A stretch of 64,000 nt of DNA from an uncultured Acidobacteriota bacterium (GTDB taxonomy: Bacteria; Acidobacteriota; Vicinamibacteria; Vicinamibacterales; UBA8438). The notes below the pieces were generated by a model that did no database searches, was not told the DNA's origin, and was given only the letters and a program-made list of their open reading frames with translations. The translations under genes were made by a program, and so were the position numbers. Each line of letters opens with the position of its first letter. The stretch's first letter is position 1. Below are positions 62,065 through 64,000 of the stretch, piece by piece. The DNA lies in assembly GCA_913043225.1 (NCBI GenBank), contig CAJWLU010000005.1, positions 96,001 through 160,000 on the forward strand. The letters run 5' to 3'.

Positions 62065-63389
62065 ATCGGATCTCCGAATAGACGTACCGACAGCGCACTC
62101 CGGATCCGCGCCTCCGGATCCCAGCGGCGCCGCACTGCCTGCCACGCTGAGAGGCGTGGCTCCATGGCCCGAAAATGCTCAGGCCGGGTCAGGGTGTCCT
62201 TCGCGAGATAGACCCGTCCACCCACGCCGGCGACAAAGTCGTTCATGGCATCCACCGCGACTTGGGTGCGATCCGTGATCGGCAGATCAACGGCGATCGA
62301 GAGTCCCGCCTTCGGAAACGACAGCATCCCCTTACCCTCTCCTCCGAAGTCTTTCAGCACACAGAGCAACGGCACCGCCCCGCGTTGCACCATAATGTCG
62401 AGCACCCGCCGGCAACCCTCGACGCCCGCGCTCGTAGGCAGCACGACCTGATACTGCGTGAACCCGGCCCGCGGATAAAGTCGGTTCAACCAGCCCACCA
62501 CGTCCAGGGGATAGAAGAACGCATCGGGATGAACGATGCCACGACGATACAGCCGCCGGCTCCAGTATCTCGCGATGTTGGCTAGCCGCATCGTCGTACC
62601 TGAGATGAGCGGAAACACGAACGGGATCGCAGGCGGAAACCGGGGCGCGGGGAGCCGAGAAGGCGCCTCGCCAGGGTCGGCGCGACGTCCCCGCTCGACC
62701 ACCCCTCGCCCGAACGCGCTTCCCCCGGCCAACAGATCGATCCAGGCCAAGGTGTGCGGCCACTCGGAACCAGCCGACCGAAGCGCCTCGACGGTCGACT
62801 CGAGGTCACCGTAACCCTGCGACTCGGCCAAGACCCAGCCCGATGGCATCGGCCGCAGCTGAAACTCCACCTCGAGCAGGTGCCCGGTCAACCCCATACC
62901 GCCGAGCGTCGCTCGAAAGAGCTCCGGCTGCTCGTCCTCCGAAACCTCGAGAATACGTTCGTCGGCAACCCGCATTCGAACCGAACGCACGTGCTCTCCG
63001 AAGCATCCCTCGCTATGGTGGCTCTTGCCGTGCACATCGGCCGCCACCATACCGCCTAGCGTCACTTGCTGGGTACCAGGCGACGAGGGCACGCTCCAGC
63101 CCCGCGGCCAAAACACGCGGTTGAGCGTGGCCAGCGACACCCCGGCTTCGGCCCGCACGACCCCGCGCTCGGCATCGAACCAGCAGAAGCGGTCCGCCGC
63201 GGTAGTCACCGCGAGGGTGCCGTCGATCGTGCCGGGCAATGAAGCATCGCCGTAGGACCGCCCTAGGCCCCTCGACAGTGTCGCCCCTCGCGTGATCGCT
63301 TCAAGGTTCTCCGAACGGCGGTGACGCGCCACAACCACCGGATGCCTGCCCCATCCACTCAACGCCCCCCGCTGTCCTTCCACCGTCAT
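62061..63389 (-). CDS. DprE1-like FAD-dependent decaprenylphosphoryl-ribose oxidase
   Basis: RGLGRSYGDA, PGT..VT.GG..AADVHGK.HH, FFYPLD, QYQ, GGRVYLAKD. Confidence 0.85.
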   Translation of the reverse strand: MTVEGQRGALSGWGRHPVVVARHRRSENLEAITRGATLSRGLGRSYGDASLPGTIDGTLAVTTAADRFCWFDAERGVVRAEAGVSLATLNRVFWPRGWSVPSSPGTQQVTLGGMVAADVHGKSHHSEGCFGEHVRSVRMRVADERILEVSEDEQPELFRATLGGMGLTGHLLEVEFQLRPMPSGWVLAESQGYGDLESTVEALRSAGSEWPHTLAWIDLLAGGSAFGRGVVERGRRADPGEAPSRLPAPRFPPAIPFVFPLISGTTMRLANIARYWSRRLYRRGIVHPDAFFYPLDVVGWLNRLYPRAGFTQYQVVLPTSAGVEGCRRVLDIMVQRGAVPLLCVLKDFGGEGKGMLSFPKAGLSIAVDLPITDRTQVAVDAMNDFVAGVGGRVYLAKDTLTRPEHFRAMEPRLSAWQAVRRRWDPEARIRSALSVRLFGDPI

Positions 63390-63409
63390 ACCTGGCTCCG
63401 TCGCACCAT

Positions 63410-63757
63410 TTACGGTGTGGGTCGCATCTCCCCGAGCAGGTCGCGGTGATCAGGATCGACCGAGGACAGATTCCGCAGCGACTGTCCCTCAAGGTACTCC
63501 GTGGCAATAAACAGCCGACGGTTCGCCTCGTCCACATCGAGGACCGTGCAAATGTTGGGGTGCCTGAGTGACGAGGAAGGGCGGGCCTCCCGCTTGAAGC
63601 GGCGGAGCGCGACCCGCTCCCTCGCCATCGACGGCTTCAGCGCCTTGACCGCCCAGCCGTCTGGCAGACGGGTATCCCGGGCTTTGTGGACCTCGCCCAT
63701 GCCCCGACTGCCGAGCGTGGCAATGAGGTAGTAGTGTCCGATCTGCTGCCCGATCAT
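63410..63757 (-). pseudogene. Truncated, degenerate Hanks-type Ser/Thr kinase fragment
   Basis: LGSRGMGEV, AVK, REAR, HPNI, EYLEG then stop; no DFG or APE. Confidence 0.75.
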
Positions 63758-64000
63758 CAGACGATTGATCCAGAGCGCCGTCCCGGCGCCTCGCTGGAGG
63801 AAGGGGCCATTCTACTGCACCGCACCACCGCCACTCGCCGTTAGCGTTTGTCTTGCGCGAGTGGCTTCACAGCGAGCTGTTCGGCAAGATGGGCCCATTG
63901 GTTGTAGGCGCCGAGACACCGGGAGGCATCTCCGCCGGATGGCGGGCTGGACCGACTGCCCCACTAGAGTGTGTCGAAGGGGTCAGGAACGGTTGGCTCG

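Noticed and set aside
63964..64000. Possible 3' end of a minus-strand gene (EPTVPDPFDTL*)
   Set aside because: Too short to support

Overview
GC-rich (roughly two-thirds G+C by eye) bacterial chromosome segment. Gene content suggests Acidobacteriota, Vicinamibacteria-like (inference). 1-18.5 kb holds secreted and periplasmic enzymes: PQQ propellers, a serine hydrolase, an orphan ModA/aconitate-isomerase-like protein, TPR and NHL proteins, an octaheme cytochrome c flanked by two paralogous His-motif membrane proteins, and a cytochrome c/PHM-type copper monooxygenase fusion with a partner gene. 18.7-39 kb is mostly housekeeping: split pntAA-pntAB-pntB, rnpB, an NtrC-family regulator, ligA, a polyprenyl synthase, tatD, metG, larC, a dapF with both catalytic Cys replaced by Ser, dtd and ttcA. 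39-63.4 kb is a large cell-surface glycosylation/modification region: three GT4s, a GT-C-like membrane protein, a flippase-like protein, a radical SAM enzyme, methyltransferases, glpD, asnB, an AlgX/J-like protein and dprE1/E2-like genes. It encloses two paralogous lipoproteins that share an unrecognised Cys-rich C-terminal domain and flank an outer-membrane beta-barrel. Decayed gene remnants are present (internally deleted ybdK, truncated Ser/Thr kinase). I saw no CRISPR array, tRNA, rRNA or IS element. All family calls come from motif recognition by eye, not database searches.
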